Assembly: GCA_021650915.1 (NCBI GenBank)
Contig: CP091279.1
Location: forward strand, 3,240,001 to 3,272,000
Reading direction: 5' to 3'
DNA: 32,000 bases
Source of the DNA: Candidatus Brocadia sp.
GTDB lineage: Bacteria > Planctomycetota > Brocadiia > Brocadiales > Brocadiaceae
Shown here: piece after piece, positions 1 through 10,300 of the stretch
Layout: every line of letters starts with the position of its first letter
Position numbering within the stretch: the stretch's first letter is position 1
Notes under the pieces: model-generated
Told to the model about the DNA's origin: nothing
The model's input: the letters and a program-made list of their open reading frames with translations, nothing else
The model's database searches: none
Position numbers and translations under genes: made by a program

Positions 1-1
1 C

Positions 2-1312
2 GTAGAGATTATTGTGGCAACGATTGCCTTTGGGATGGGTATCCATAAACCTGGTGTGCGGTACGTAATCCATTACGATTTACCGAAGAGCATTGAGGGA
101 TATTATCAGGAGACAGGGCGCGCCGGACGGGATGGGTTGCCAGGCGACTGTGTCCTCTTCTTTAGTTACGCCGATAAATTCAAGATAGAACACTTCATTC
201 AGCAAAAAGAGGATGAAAATGAAAGGCAGATTGCATATAAGCAACTGAGGGAGCTGATAACGTATTGTGAAAGCAATGTCTGCAGGAGAAGGGTATTGCT
301 TGCCTATTTTGGCGAGCAATTCGAAGAGCCGAATTGTGGTGGTTGCGATGTTTGTGTGGAACCGAAGGAACGGTTTGATGGAACGATTGCCGCGCAAAAG
401 ATATTATCCTGTGTTTACCGGACGGGCGAACGGTTTGGGATAAATTATATTGTTGACGTTTTGTTGGGCGCAAGGAATCAAAAGTTGTTGCAGAACCGGC
501 ATGACACACTGAAGACCTATGGTGTCGGGAAGGAGTATGCAAAGGTGCAGTGGCAGTCGTTTATCCGAGAATTAATACAGCTCGGATATTTAAAGTTGGA
601 CGGAGATGAATATCCCATCCTGAAACTGCACGAAAAGAGCCGTCCCGTCCTATTGGGTGATGAAAAGGTCTCTTTGATAAAACCCGCGGAGAAAATTCCC
701 GTTCAGAAGGCCGAAAGGAGTGACAACTATGATCACACCTTGTTTGAACGTTTGAGGGCTTTGCGAAAGACGCTGGCCGATCAGGAGGGGGTGCCGCCGT
801 ATATCATTTTTCATGACACCAGCTTGAAAGAAATGACGGTCTCTTATCCGCAGAGCTTGCTCGATTTACGGAAGATAAGCGGTGTTGGAGATCAGAAATT
901 AGTGAAGTACGGAAAGGCGTTTGTTGAAGAGATCGTCAACTACTGCGAAGAAAATAACATCATGCCAAGGCAATTCTGCCAGCCATCTGCTGAATTTTCC
1001 GCAAAACAGCAAAAAATTTCTACGATTCAACTGACATTCGACCTGTATAAACAACGCCTCACCATTCCTGAAATTGCACAAAAGAGAGGTCTGGCGGTAT
1101 CCACGATTGCCTCTCATCTGGAAAAACTGATCCTGGATGGTGAAGACATTTCCCTCGACGACCTTGTTACCTCAGAAAAGCAGCAGCAGATCAGAAAGGT
1201 GTTTGCAGAAGCAGGCATGCAGACGCTCAGCCCGGTAAAAGAGAAATTAGGGGAAGGGTATTCCTATGAGGAGATAAGACTCGTCAGGGCAAAGGTGATG
1301 GTCGAAAGGTGA
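2..1312 (+). CDS. recQ: ATP-dependent DNA helicase RecQ, C-terminal ~435 aa (5' end lies outside the window)
   Basis: The ORF is open from the window edge ([45 protein letters not shown], helicase motifs V/VI). It has the RecQ Zn-binding Cys cluster (CESNVCRRR...CGGCDVC). An HRDC-like segment ([19 protein letters not shown]) and a C-terminal HTH-like tail follow. Confidence 0.9.
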   Translation, partial: VEIIVATIAFGMGIHKPGVRYVIHYDLPKSIEGYYQETGRAGRDGLPGDCVLFFSYADKFKIEHFIQQKEDENERQIAYKQLRELITYCESNVCRRRVLLAYFGEQFEEPNCGGCDVCVEPKERFDGTIAAQKILSCVYRTGERFGINYIVDVLLGARNQKLLQNRHDTLKTYGVGKEYAKVQWQSFIRELIQLGYLKLDGDEYPILKLHEKSRPVLLGDEKVSLIKPAEKIPVQKAERSDNYDHTLFERLRALRKTLADQEGVPPYIIFHDTSLKEMTVSYPQSLLDLRKISGVGDQKLVKYGKAFVEEIVNYCEENNIMPRQFCQPSAEFSAKQQKISTIQLTFDLYKQRLTIPEIAQKRGLAVSTIASHLEKLILDGEDISLDDLVTSEKQQQIRKVFAEAGMQTLSPVKEKLGEGYSYEEIRLVRAKVMVER

Positions 1313-1718
1313 AAAAGGGCAAGTAACTATACGGCATATCAATATTGGTAATCTATTTTCTCTTGGCATGTCAGGCAAGGGGTGACCCATAGCCCTGGCC
1401 TCCTAAAGGCACCCCGGGTATTGTTGATGGCCAAGATAATGCTTGTGACTCGTCCGGTTGCTCCACGAATATTTCGTGGATAATAAAACTGTAGGAATTA
1501 CCTTTTTGCAAGGGTAAATCTTCTGGTAGGGTGAGTGACTATTATGAAATCAACGATATCGAGAGATAATGAAAAGCATAGGCGATTAGAGGAAATTAAA
1601 TCACTAATGAAGGTTTGATAATCATATAGAAGGCTCCTTCACAAAGCGATGCGAAAATGTATCATAGAGGCATCGTGAAATAAACCATGAAAACAGTAAG
1701 AAAGAAGGAGGAGCAGAT

Positions 1719-2739
1719 ATGAGTTATTTTGTGGGAATAGATTTACATTCGGATAATAGTTACGTGGGGGTGATAGATAAGAAAGATAGTCAGATATTTG
1801 GCAAGAAACTCCCAATGATCTTGACGTGATCTTAAAGACACTGGAGCCGTTTCAGAAGAAGATACAAGGGATTGTAGTAGAGTCGACGTACAACTGAACT
1901 GGTATTGGCTGGTGGACGGATTACAGGAGGCGAAATACAAAGTGCACCTGGCCAATCCTCCGGAGATGCAGCAGTATAGTGGCATGAAGTACACGGACGA
2001 CACATGGGATTCTTATTGGCTGGCACATCTGCTGCGTTTGGGTATATTACCGGAAGGGTACATTTATCCGAAAGAGATAAGGCCGGTACGGGATTTATTG
2101 AGAAAGCGAACGATGTTGGTACGGCACAGGACGGCGCACCTATTAAGCCTGCAAACCATGGTGAATCGCAATACCGGAAGAAAGGTGAACGTCAACGATG
2201 CGAAGAGACTGAGCGAAGAAGAGATAAGCGAGCAGTTAACGGACAAACACCTTAAGATGACGGTGCAGGCGGACAAGGCAGTAATAGACTTTTTCCATGA
2301 ACAGATAGAGAGAATTGAAAAGGTCGTACTGAAAGAGGTAAAACTACGGTATCCGTATGAAGAACTGCTCACGGTGCCGGGGATAGGCAGGATATTAGGG
2401 ATAACGATCATGCTTGAGACGGGAGATATTAATCGGTTTCCCACGGTATCAGATTATTCTTCATACTGCCGGTGTGTATCGTCCAAAAAGGTATCAAACG
2501 GGAAGAAGAGAGGAGAGGGGAATAAGAAGGACGGGAATAAGTATTTGGCATGGGCGTATGTGGAAGCGGCAAATTTTATGAGGAGGTATAGTGAACCTGC
2601 CAGGAGTTGGTATCAACGCAAGGCAGCGAAGACGAACAGAATCGTGGCGATCAAGGCATTAAGCAACAAGATATCCCGGGCGTGTTATTTTATTATAAAA
2701 GACCAAAAGCCATTTGATCCGAAGAAATTATTTCAATAA
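1719..2739 (+). pseudogene. IS110-family transposase, broken by two frame changes
   Basis: ATG at 1719 follows aaggaggag and gives MSYFVGIDLHSDNSYVGVIDKK, an IS110 DEDD-type N-terminus. The frame is lost near 1815. It is lost again at 1892-1901, where aactg is directly duplicated (aactgaactg) and creates a TGA. ORF 1912-2739 carries the C-terminal helix-hairpin-helix region (LLTVPGIGRILG). Confidence 0.8.
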
Positions 2740-3489
2740 AACCGTGGGTGGAGCAGGGAACCAGACAGATACTACGTGGTTGATAAAAACCCAAACCAAA
2801 TGGAAACTGTTCCACTCACATAAAAAGGAGAAAGGTATGTAAAGGAATGAAAGAATGAAGCAGTGAACCGGTAGGAAGGAGAAAAGGGGGCAAATCTTTA
2901 TTGTTGACAAAGCTGCTTCAACTCTTTGGATCATCTGGGAAAGATGCTTGTCGTCTTTCAGTCTTTCCCGTAATCGTTTTTTCCCCTGGCTCACGGTACT
3001 ATAGTCTACCCCCATCATTTTTCCTATCTCAGTTCCGTTGAGCCCACCAACCCGATAGAACAAGTCCATCGCCATTTGTCTTATTATACCCCGTTCCTTT
3101 TTTATTTCATCAAAACTTTTCTTCGTCTCTTTGCAGAGTGCGGCAATGATTGCCTCTTTTGTGGTATATTTTTTTAGCCGCTGTACCGCCGGTATTTCAC
3201 GTGACTTCGCTGGCAAAAACCTGTCTCTTACCCACTTGATAAACGTCTCACTTCCCAGTATGCTTCCTCCGGTAACCTCTTCTTTTATGTCAATACCTGT
3301 CGATATATCCTTGCAGATCGTCTCCCAATACAATCTCCTTCCTTCTGTGTTGTCCCCTCCATACGACTCAAATATCCTGGCATAATCAATAGTACCATTT
3401 CTTCTGATATCATCGACATAGCCCAAAAGGCTGTTCCACGGGTAGTTCCTCAAATATTTCTTCTTTTCTGACAAGGGCAGCTTTAGCTG

Positions 3490-5486
3490 GTAGGAAGGAG
3501 GCGAACCGCCTCCAACCCCCAATCGTCGCCAGATACTTTGGACAACGTGACAAAGTATCCTTTTAAACCATACGGCTTTCCCGTAGTTAGCGACCCCATA
3601 GTGTTGCTCTGGAGCAGAGAAAAGTAAACTATCATGCCTTTGCACGTGCCTTAAGAAATTCTCTTTCAAATGAGAGTAACCCCATCTTAAAGAATCGGTG
3701 TACCGGGAAACGTTTGTTGTCAGTTTTCCATTTTCTCGAAAACTTGAAACTTCTCAGTCTCATGCGTACCCAGCAGTCTAACGAGCGATATACCGTTTGT
3801 ACATTGCCCAGCCGAAAATAGTTGACATGTCCCCTTATGACAGGATTTAATGTATCAATGACGGCTTGCAGGTTGACGCCTTGTGTGCGTTTGGTGATGT
3901 CCCTGACGGTGTCCTTGAGTTTGTCCATGGATTTCATGCTTATACCCTTGTTCTTGCCCATGAAATTATATCCGAGAAACCGGAAGCCTCGTTTGAAGTT
4001 GGTGAGCCTGGTTTTATCCTCGCTCAGCTTCATTTCAAGTTTCCCTTCGATGATTTCTTTGACGTACTGAAGGGCGGCAGGGAGTTCTTCTTTTGTTTTA
4101 GTCATGACAACGAAGTCATCGGCATAGCGGACAAATTTATATCCTGCCTTTTCAAGCTCCTTGTCGATGATGTCACCGATAAGGTTTGCAAGCAAGGGAG
4201 ATATGACGCCTCCTTGCGGAGTGCCTTGATTTGTCTCATGCACGATGCCGTTCTCCATGACCCCTGCCTTGAGCATGTTCTCGATACTGTTCAAAACCCA
4301 TCCGTCAGCGATTTTCTCACGCAAGGAGTTCATGATAAGCTTGTGAGGTATGGTGTCATAGAACGCCTTTATATCGGCGTCCAAAATGTTCCGATACCCT
4401 TGCTGCTTATACTGTTCAATCCGTTTGATAGCATCATGACAGCATCTGTTTGGACGAAATCCAAAGCTGTTATCCGAGAATTCTTTCTCGAATATTGGCT
4501 CTATGATTTGTCTGAACGCCTGCTGTACTACCCTGTCCTTGACAATGGGAATGCCAAGAGGTCTCTTGTCATGCCTGCCTTTGGGAATGTAGACCCTTAA
4601 GACGGGCGCAGGGTTGTATATGGCGGTTTTCAGTTCCTTGTGAACAGCTTGTAGATTATTCTCAAGGTCACTTTCAAACTGCTTAATACTTACCCTGTCG
4701 AGACCAGCCTTGCCTTTATTCTTCTTTACGTGCCCAAAAGCCGCATAAAGGTTTCTCAGACTGAATACCTTGTCTCTTAAAGAATGATACTTAAGCATCT
4801 CCCGATATGTTCCTTTTGATTGATTCCGGATAATAGACTTGTCAATCGTGTTTCCTGAGTCGAGATTCCTCCTGACAGAGGCAAAACAAGAGAGGCTCTT
4901 GCTACTACTTGCCCATGCAAAGAGTCTCTTTTCTCATGGAACGTATTCAATCTACCACGTTTCATCAACTCCACTACGGTTATGCCCCTTCATTCCTGGT
5001 ACACACCAGAAACTATTATGAGCACTGCTGACGACTTCAAAGACAGACCTGTGAGAGCCAGTCGTCCGTCACCATCTCATACAGCTTGGATTTCGGATTT
5101 CCCTTATACCTCGCTGTTAGGGAATTTCTTCCCAAGACGTAAGTCCTCCCCCGGTCATATGGATTACCCCTTTTCCCTTCGTGATGTATGTTCAAACGCA
5201 TTATCCAGAGATGTTTTCACCAGGTCTTTTTTTTGACATCTCCAACAGGGACATTGTCAGTGCTTTACTGAGAAAGGGCAGTTGGCACGAACTAACACGC
5301 CATACTCATACACCCCAAAAGGTCGTCTGTACCTCGTACTCCGTCATACCCCTCACGGGAATACGCTATCCTTCTACGCATACGGATTGCTCCTTTGTAT
5401 ACGCATAGGTACAAACTTCTCTACGAGGATTTAGGCTCGCAGAGGTGATATTTTCAACCACTTAGGTATCCCATACTTCAAGGCAC
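3490..5486 (-). mobile_element. Group II intron, copy 1 (about 2.0 kb; boundaries inferred)
   Basis: The RT/maturase ORF has about 680 nt of non-coding sequence 5' and about 140 nt 3'. Both flanks are almost identical in copy 2. The 3' end reads ggaggcggttcgcctccttcctac, a DVI-like hairpin ending in AC. The 5' limit is placed at gtgcc|ttgaag, a non-canonical GUGCC. I could not fold a canonical domain V by eye. Confidence 0.75.
3632..4798 (-). CDS. Group II intron reverse transcriptase/maturase (388 aa, no endonuclease domain)
   Basis: RT blocks are present (RPLGIPIVKDRVVQQA, GTPQGGVISPLLANL, YADD box VRYADDFVV). The maturase X motif is IRGHVNYFRLGN. The protein ends shortly after domain X. 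Confidence 0.92.
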   Translation of the reverse strand: MLKYHSLRDKVFSLRNLYAAFGHVKKNKGKAGLDRVSIKQFESDLENNLQAVHKELKTAIYNPAPVLRVYIPKGRHDKRPLGIPIVKDRVVQQAFRQIIEPIFEKEFSDNSFGFRPNRCCHDAIKRIEQYKQQGYRNILDADIKAFYDTIPHKLIMNSLREKIADGWVLNSIENMLKAGVMENGIVHETNQGTPQGGVISPLLANLIGDIIDKELEKAGYKFVRYADDFVVMTKTKEELPAALQYVKEIIEGKLEMKLSEDKTRLTNFKRGFRFLGYNFMGKNKGISMKSMDKLKDTVRDITKRTQGVNLQAVIDTLNPVIRGHVNYFRLGNVQTVYRSLDCWVRMRLRSFKFSRKWKTDNKRFPVHRFFKMGLLSFEREFLKARAKA

Positions 5487-5607
5487 GCCCTTCTCGTTTC
5501 GTTCTCGCCGGGTTTACATGGATATATCGGGATACAATATGCAGATAGCTTCTCTTTTCCATGAGAATACTCTTGTATCTCCCCTGATACAAATGACCGG
5601 CCCTCTT

Positions 5608-5824
5608 ATAGTATTACTGTATAAAAACTTCTTTTTTTGTAAGTTTTTTCATAAGCCCCTTTCAGGAGGTACCGGTTTTTATGAGTGAAAGATTGCTTCG
5701 CTTCACTCGCAATGACAACGTGCAGTGTGCCATCAAAGTGCATGGTCACTGTCATTGCGAGGGCCTTTTCCGAAGCAATCTCCCCACTTTCATAAAGGAA
5801 ATTTGGTTGCGGCTGTGCTGCGCT
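5608..5824. mobile_element. Non-autonomous insertion of about 217 bp flanked by TA, carrying a REP-like nested palindrome
   Basis: Removing 5608-5824 plus one TA joins ...aaaagaca-TA-agagggccggtcat. That reads YNKRHKRAGHLYQGRYKS in frame, which matches the family consensus around GRYKS. Confidence 0.6.
5691..5780. repeat. Nested palindrome (REP-like)
   Basis: gattgcttcg (5691-5700) pairs with cgaagcaatc (5771-5780). ctcgcaatgac (5706-5716) pairs with gtcattgcgag (5751-5761). Confidence 0.75.
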
Positions 5825-6022
5825 ATGTCTTTTGTTATAATGAGATGTGTAAGTAATGTTAAACCATCTCATAAATTCACTGAGATTGGCAAGGGGTGTT
5901 TCTAAGAGCAGATGGAAATGATTCTCCATGAGGACGTAACAATACAGGATGATATGATACGTCCTCAGTCCGTCATTCAACAACTCAAGAAACACGTTTT
6001 TATCACAATCATCCTTGAATAT

Positions 6023-6098
6023 TGCCCTCCGTTCGTTACCCCGGCAGGTCATTTGACCCCTTTCGTTACTGTGACCCCTTTCGTTACTTCCGAAAGGG
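6023..6098. repeat. Direct repeats plus hairpin at the 5' end of the Y1 transposase-like gene
   Basis: tgacccctttcgttac occurs at 6054-6069 and 6072-6087. A degenerate third copy (tgccctccgttcgttac) lies at 6023-6039 inside the CDS. A hairpin joins ccctttcg (6076-6083) and cgaaaggg (6091-6098). Confidence 0.55.
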
Positions 6099-6122
6099 TT
6101 TAAAAGGATAAGATATTATGGG

Positions 6123-6580
6123 GTGCAAGCGACAAAGACGTTTGAACAGGTGCGGGAGATTATTCGAGAAGCCTTGTCAAAAGTTAAAAAGGTATTGAAG
6201 GGGGCGGTGAAGATGATTGCGCAGAGGAGGTATCGCGAGAGATATAGGGAGAGCACGGGGAAAGACCCTTTAGTCTGTCCGCATTGTGGTCAAGAGATGG
6301 ACATTTGCACGATATGGCATCCCCGGTATGGGGTGATTTATGGTGAGTTGGATGAGATAAAAAGAGGTAAGTATGAGCAAAAGGAGAAAGAAACCTCCCG
6401 AGAGGAAGGTAATGGAGGACCATTCGGTCCAGCACCAAAGGAGTACAAATACCGTTGTTCAGTATGTGGAACTGAGCTTTTGGTCAATGAAGCAATTGCT
6501 GATGCGGGCATCGGGATGGCCAAATCCAGTAAGGAATATTCTGAAGGGTACATGCCAAAGGTCGGATGTCCAGGGTGTAA
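6123..6580 (+). pseudogene. Zn-ribbon protein fragment, possibly the C-terminus of a transposase (IS91/Y2-like?), cut at its 3' end by IS630 copy 1
   Basis: Two CxxC...CxxC pairs are present (CPHCGQEM... and CSVCGTE...CPGCN). The ORF runs straight into the IS630 terminus at 6583. The family assignment is only a resemblance from memory. Confidence 0.3.
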
Positions 6581-7549
6581 TATTAACCGTCTCATAATAG
6601 TATTGACATAGTAATGCCAATATGGTATCATGTATTTATGAAAAAGAATGATGCCAGACGGTTAGATCACAAAACGCTTACCGAGTTGAGAAAGCGTGCG
6701 GTAAATAGTGTGCAAGAAGGACAAAGTCCCGAGATAGTGGCAAAAGCCATAGGTATAAACCGTGTAACCATGTACGGTTGGTTGGCGCGGTATAACCGTG
6801 GTGGATGGGGAGCCTTGGATGCCCGTAAACGGGGAGGACGCCAACCCAGGCTTAATGCCAAGGCACTGCAATGGATATACAAGACGATAGTCGATAAAAA
6901 CCCTCTCCAGCTGAAATTTACCTTTGCGTTGTGGACATCAAAAATGATAGGGGAGTTGATCTATAAGCGTTTTGGTGTAAAACTGAGCAAGGCATCCGTA
7001 TGCCGTCTGTTAGCCCGAATGGGACTAACACCGCAACGTCCTCTATGGCGTGCTTACCAACAAAGGCCTGAAAAAGTCCAACAGTGGTTGAATGAGGAGT
7101 ATCCCAGGATCAAAAAGATGGCACAGGAGATGAAGGCACAGATATTTTTTGGTGATGAAGCAGGAGTTCGATCAGATCATCATGCAGGTACTACCTGGGG
7201 AGTGAAAGGGAAGGCTCCTATTGTGAGTAGTACCGGTGCACGTTTTGGGCTGAACATGATCTCGGCGGTGAGTGCGCAAGGCGAGTTTCGCTTTATGGTG
7301 GTGAAAGGGTGTGTCGGAGCGCGGCAGTTTATCAAGTTTATCAAGCGACTGATTCATGGTAGCAGTCGTACGGTCTTTTTGATTGTTGATGGCCATCCGG
7401 CACACAAGGCGCGTAGTGTCACCAAGTTTATTGAATCCATAAAGGAACGCTTTCGGTTATTCTTTTTGCCGCCGTATTCACCGGAGTTGAATCCTGATGA
7501 GTGCGTTTGGAGTGATGTTAAGAATAATGCAATTGGTCGGCAAATTATT

Positions 7550-8935
7550 AGTAGCGTTGTCAAGTGGAGACCTGAGAAAAGTCCTCCAATGTATAGTTGT
7601 CACGCATCAAAGCCGTTGTAGTAATAGGCAAGCCGAATTTTGGTGACGTTCAGCGCCCCGGCAACACTCCATTTGCTCACATTCACCCGCAGGTTAACCG
7701 TACGCATGACGCGCTCTACTTTACTTGTCGTTCTGCCATTGAGCCTCTTTTCTATCGCCGTAAACATATCAGGCCTGGCATTCTCAAGATAGGATGCGGT
7801 ATGAGTATATCCCTTCGACAAACAATGCTGAATCACCGCATCCAATCGTTTCCTCTTGGACTCTATCATTTTCTCGATGGTCTTCTGACAATCAACCAAT
7901 GGCCGTATCGCACAGACCTCCATAAGCTCCGACATCACCTCCAGCCATTCTTTCCCCTTGCTCTTGACCCCATCTTGCCACAATACATACTTTGCCTGAT
8001 ACGGAATATGCCACAAACATCTCTGTACAAGCACCTTGATCTTACCTTTCAAACTATCCAAAATAGAGGTGTCTCCATCGGTTATCAAAAGAAACCGGGA
8101 AAACTTCCTGAACACCTTAACACTCTTACCAAAAAGCTTATCCCAACTACCGTTGTAATCCCCTATGTCAAGCCCTGCCACTCTCACCCCTCCACCGCTC
8201 TTGTATTGCACAAAGACCTTGAGTTCCTTGCCTCGTTTGGCTATCCCCTTAATCCCTACCCCTGTCCCGTCTGCTTCTCCCAGGGGAAGTCCCTTCTCGT
8301 CGAGTTGAAAATCTATCTCTGCTGCCGTCTTTTGTACCGATTTCCATATCGTCATCTTGTCTACTGTCCAGCCAAACATCGACACGATCTTCTTCGCTAC
8401 CCGGTAGGTCGTTAACGATCCTACCAGCCCAAGCTTCCGATACGTCTCCGGTGGTATTCGCTTCATCCGCTCCATCCCCAGAAGCTTTCGCGTTATATAC
8501 ATCTTATGACCGCACCTCTTGCACTGCACCTGCAACTGCTCTAATCTCAACCACTGAAAGACCGTCAGTATCTTCGTCTCTTTTCCATGCCTCGTCTTCC
8601 AGATAAACTCCTTGTCATTCCCACATTCGTCGCAGCAAAATGGCTTCCGTGATTGCGCCATCGCACTCTCACCAAAACCAACCACGATCTTCTGAATAAA
8701 ATCCCTTAATATCTCCGGCAGTATCTTGCAAAATGCCTTGAGAATCGACTCCAGGCTGCCGTCCTTTAATTCAACCCGAATTTAACAACCAAATTCTATT
8801 GTGATACCATCTGTGCATGGGGTTGCTCCCATATAGCCCTCCTTTTCTTTATGGTTTAGTTTCTTGTATCAAAACTATTTTTTACCATATTTGGAGGGCT
8901 TTTTCTTTAACCAAGTCTCTCTTTTTCTACTCTAC
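7550..8935 (-). mobile_element. Nested 1386-bp IS (ISKra4/ISLre2-like) inside IS630 element 1
   Basis: A direct repeat caaattatt lies at 7541-7549 and 8936-8944 (TSD of 6-9 bp; the exact length is ambiguous). Deleting the element restores the IS630 reading frame. Confidence 0.75.
7600..8685 (-). CDS. DDE transposase with N-terminal Zn finger (ISKra4/ISLre2/UPF0236-like; family uncertain)
   Basis: The 361-aa ORF is intact (GTG at 8685, alternative ATG at 8661). It has CCDECG...CKRCGH, then LLITDGDTSILDSL...QRCLWHIPYQ, then a C-terminal TTSKVERVMRTVNLRVN..KWSVAGALNVTKIRL. Confidence 0.7.
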   Translation of the reverse strand: MVGFGESAMAQSRKPFCCDECGNDKEFIWKTRHGKETKILTVFQWLRLEQLQVQCKRCGHKMYITRKLLGMERMKRIPPETYRKLGLVGSLTTYRVAKKIVSMFGWTVDKMTIWKSVQKTAAEIDFQLDEKGLPLGEADGTGVGIKGIAKRGKELKVFVQYKSGGGVRVAGLDIGDYNGSWDKLFGKSVKVFRKFSRFLLITDGDTSILDSLKGKIKVLVQRCLWHIPYQAKYVLWQDGVKSKGKEWLEVMSELMEVCAIRPLVDCQKTIEKMIESKRKRLDAVIQHCLSKGYTHTASYLENARPDMFTAIEKRLNGRTTSKVERVMRTVNLRVNVSKWSVAGALNVTKIRLAYYYNGFDA

Positions 8936-9086
8936 CAAATTATTACCGATCCAAAGCAATTACAGAGGGCAGTAATAAAGCATTTGCGGTTTATCCAAAA
9001 AACACAGGATAGAGTGCGTGCTTATTTCAATAATAAAACAACGAGGTATGCTGCAGCATGTTAATATTATTATGAGACGATTAATA

Positions 9087-10172
9087 AATCATTTTGGTGA
9101 GTACGGGTATAATCGTGACGGCAAGAAGGGGAAGAAGCAGATCGTGATTGGTATGCTGTGTGATGAATTTGGGGAGCCGGTGTCCACGGAGGTATTTCGG
9201 GGCAATACCCAGGACCCAAAGACCTTTGAGTCTCAGGTAAAGAAGACGGCAGAACGGTTTGGGTGCACCGGGGTGACCATGGTAGGTGATCGGGGGATGA
9301 TCAAGACGATGCAAATCGAATGTTTACCGGAGGGGTTTCATTACATAACGGCGATAACCAAGCCGCAGATCGAGTCGTTGATAAAACAAGGGATTCTGCA
9401 GTTAGGGTTGTTTGAAGAAAAGCTCTGCGAGATAAAGAGTGAGGGGGTTCGGTATATTCTGAGACGCAATCCGATAAGGGCAGAAGAGATGGCGAAGACG
9501 CGCATGTCAAAACTACAGCATATGGGGGACTATATCGATAAGAAGAACAGCTATCTCAAAGAGCATCCGAAGGCATCGATATCGAAGGCGCTGGAGGCAG
9601 CGAAGGAGAAGCTCAAGAAACTGAAGCTGGAGGGATGGGTTCGGATAAAGGACGAGGCCGGAACGCTGAAGATAGAGAGCGACGAGGAGGCATTAAAAGA
9701 GGAATTGTGTCTGGACGGATGTTATGTAATCAAGACCGATCTGAAGGAGGGCGAGGCGGATACCGATCTGGTGCACGACCGGTACAAGGACTTGTCAGAG
9801 GTGGAGAAGGTGTTTCGGGGGTGCAAGACGGTGAATCTTGAGGTTCGTTCTATATACGTGAGGAAAGAAGAGAGTACAAAAGGGCATGTGTTTGTGGTAA
9901 TGCTTGCGTACCTGATAATCCGAAGGTTACGTGATGCGTGGAAGAGTTTTGATCTGACGGTAGAGGAAGGACTCAAACAATTGACTACCATTTGTTCCGT
10001 GGAAGTGAAGGTGAAAGGCCAAAAGGCGCATTGCCAGAAGATACCACATCCACGGCAACAATCACGTGAATTGTTAGAGGCATTGCAGGTAAAGCTGCCG
10101 GAGGCATTGCCAAGCCGGAACCTACGGGTAGTCACGAGAAAAAAACTTACCAGGCAACAAATAAGCCAGTAA
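9087..10172 (+). pseudogene. IS1634-family transposase ('ISx'), C-terminal half
   Basis: It starts at the IS630 junction with NHFGEYGYNRDGKKGKKQIVIGML...MVGDRGMIK. The IS terminal repeat ttttgccttgaggtgaacatccg lies at 10199-10222. Confidence 0.8.
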
Positions 10173-10176
10173 AATT

Positions 10177-10204
10177 AAGGCTTTCGCAGCCTTTTTGTTT
10201 TTTG
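10177..10204 (+). terminator. Rho-independent terminator after the ISx transposase
   Basis: The hairpin aaggct-ttcgc-agcctt is followed by tttgtttttt, 5 nt after the stop at 10170-72. Confidence 0.6.
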
Positions 10205-10235
10205 CCTTGAGGTGAACATCCGCTTCAAGGCACGC

Positions 10236-10298
10236 CCTTCTCCAATATTGAAGCGCTAAACGGACAGCTTAATGTGTGTTCTATTATGAGACGATTAA
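10236..10298 (+). repeat. Partial copy (right ~60 bp) of the IS630-type MITE seen at 20672-20773
   Basis: ccttctccaatattgaagcgctaaacggacagcttaatgtgtgttctattatgagacgattaa is identical to 20711-20773 and is followed by TA. Confidence 0.75.
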
Positions 10299-10300
10299 TA

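Larger units (their letters stand above)
2728..6052 (-). pseudogene. Y1/HUH transposase-like gene (IS200-like, REP-associated tyrosine transposase type with C-terminal HTH), split into three pieces by a TA-flanked insertion and a group II intron
   Basis: Piece A (6052-5825) reads MTCRGNERRAIF...YVLMENHFHLLLETP...YNKRH and contains the HUH motif. Piece B (5607-5487) reads KRAGHLYQGRYKSILMEKRSYLHIVSRYIHVNPAR and contains the catalytic Tyr region. Piece C (3489 to about 2900) reads ...KKYLRNYPWNSLLGYV... and then an HTH (GLNGTEIGKMMGVDYSTVSQGKKRL). The N-terminus looks truncated, and the 3' end runs into the IS110 copy. Confidence 0.7.
6638..9064 (+). pseudogene. IS630-family DDE transposase, split by the nested IS (6638-7549 plus 8945-9064)
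   Basis: The N-terminal HTH region reads RAVNSVQEGQSPEIVAKAIGINRVTMYGWLARY. The DDE region reads IFFGDEAG...FLIVDGHPAHKA...LPPYSPELNPDECVW. Joining ...GRQII to TDPKQLQRAVIKHLRFIQKTQDRVRAYF restores a typical IS630 C-terminus. Confidence 0.8.
6583..9084 (+). mobile_element. IS630-family element 1 (carries a nested IS), flanked by TA
   Basis: The left terminus is ttaaccgtctcataatagtattg (6583-). The right terminus is ...attattatgagacgattaa (-9084). They are imperfect inverted repeats, each abutted by TA (6581-82 and 9085-86). Confidence 0.8.

Noticed and set aside
1462-1478. The perfect hairpin ccacgaa-tat-ttcgtgg in the recQ-IS110 spacer, as a possible terminator.
   Set aside because: No T-run follows it. 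It lies about 150 nt past the recQ stop, in what may already be the IS110 left-end region. The evidence is insufficient either way.
2728-3669. A 313-aa ORF listed as one protein.
   Set aside because: It is chimeric. Its first ~60 codons (3490-3669) are the intron 3' tail, and the same sequence occurs at 17967-18127. Only the part from 3489 downward belongs to the Y1 transposase-like gene.
3632-4798. The reverse transcriptase as part of a retron, DGR or Abi-type defence system.
   Set aside because: The RT carries a maturase X domain. It is embedded in about 2 kb of structured flanking sequence duplicated as a unit. No template/variable repeat pair, msr/msd-like inverted repeats or effector gene accompanies it.
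4982-5236. An 84-aa ORF conserved in both intron copies (also 11261-11518), together with the neighbouring 60-75-aa ORFs.
   Set aside because: These ORFs lie in the 5' ribozyme part of the group II intron. They are conserved between copies because the whole intron is near identical, not because of coding constraint. No start context or motifs are visible.
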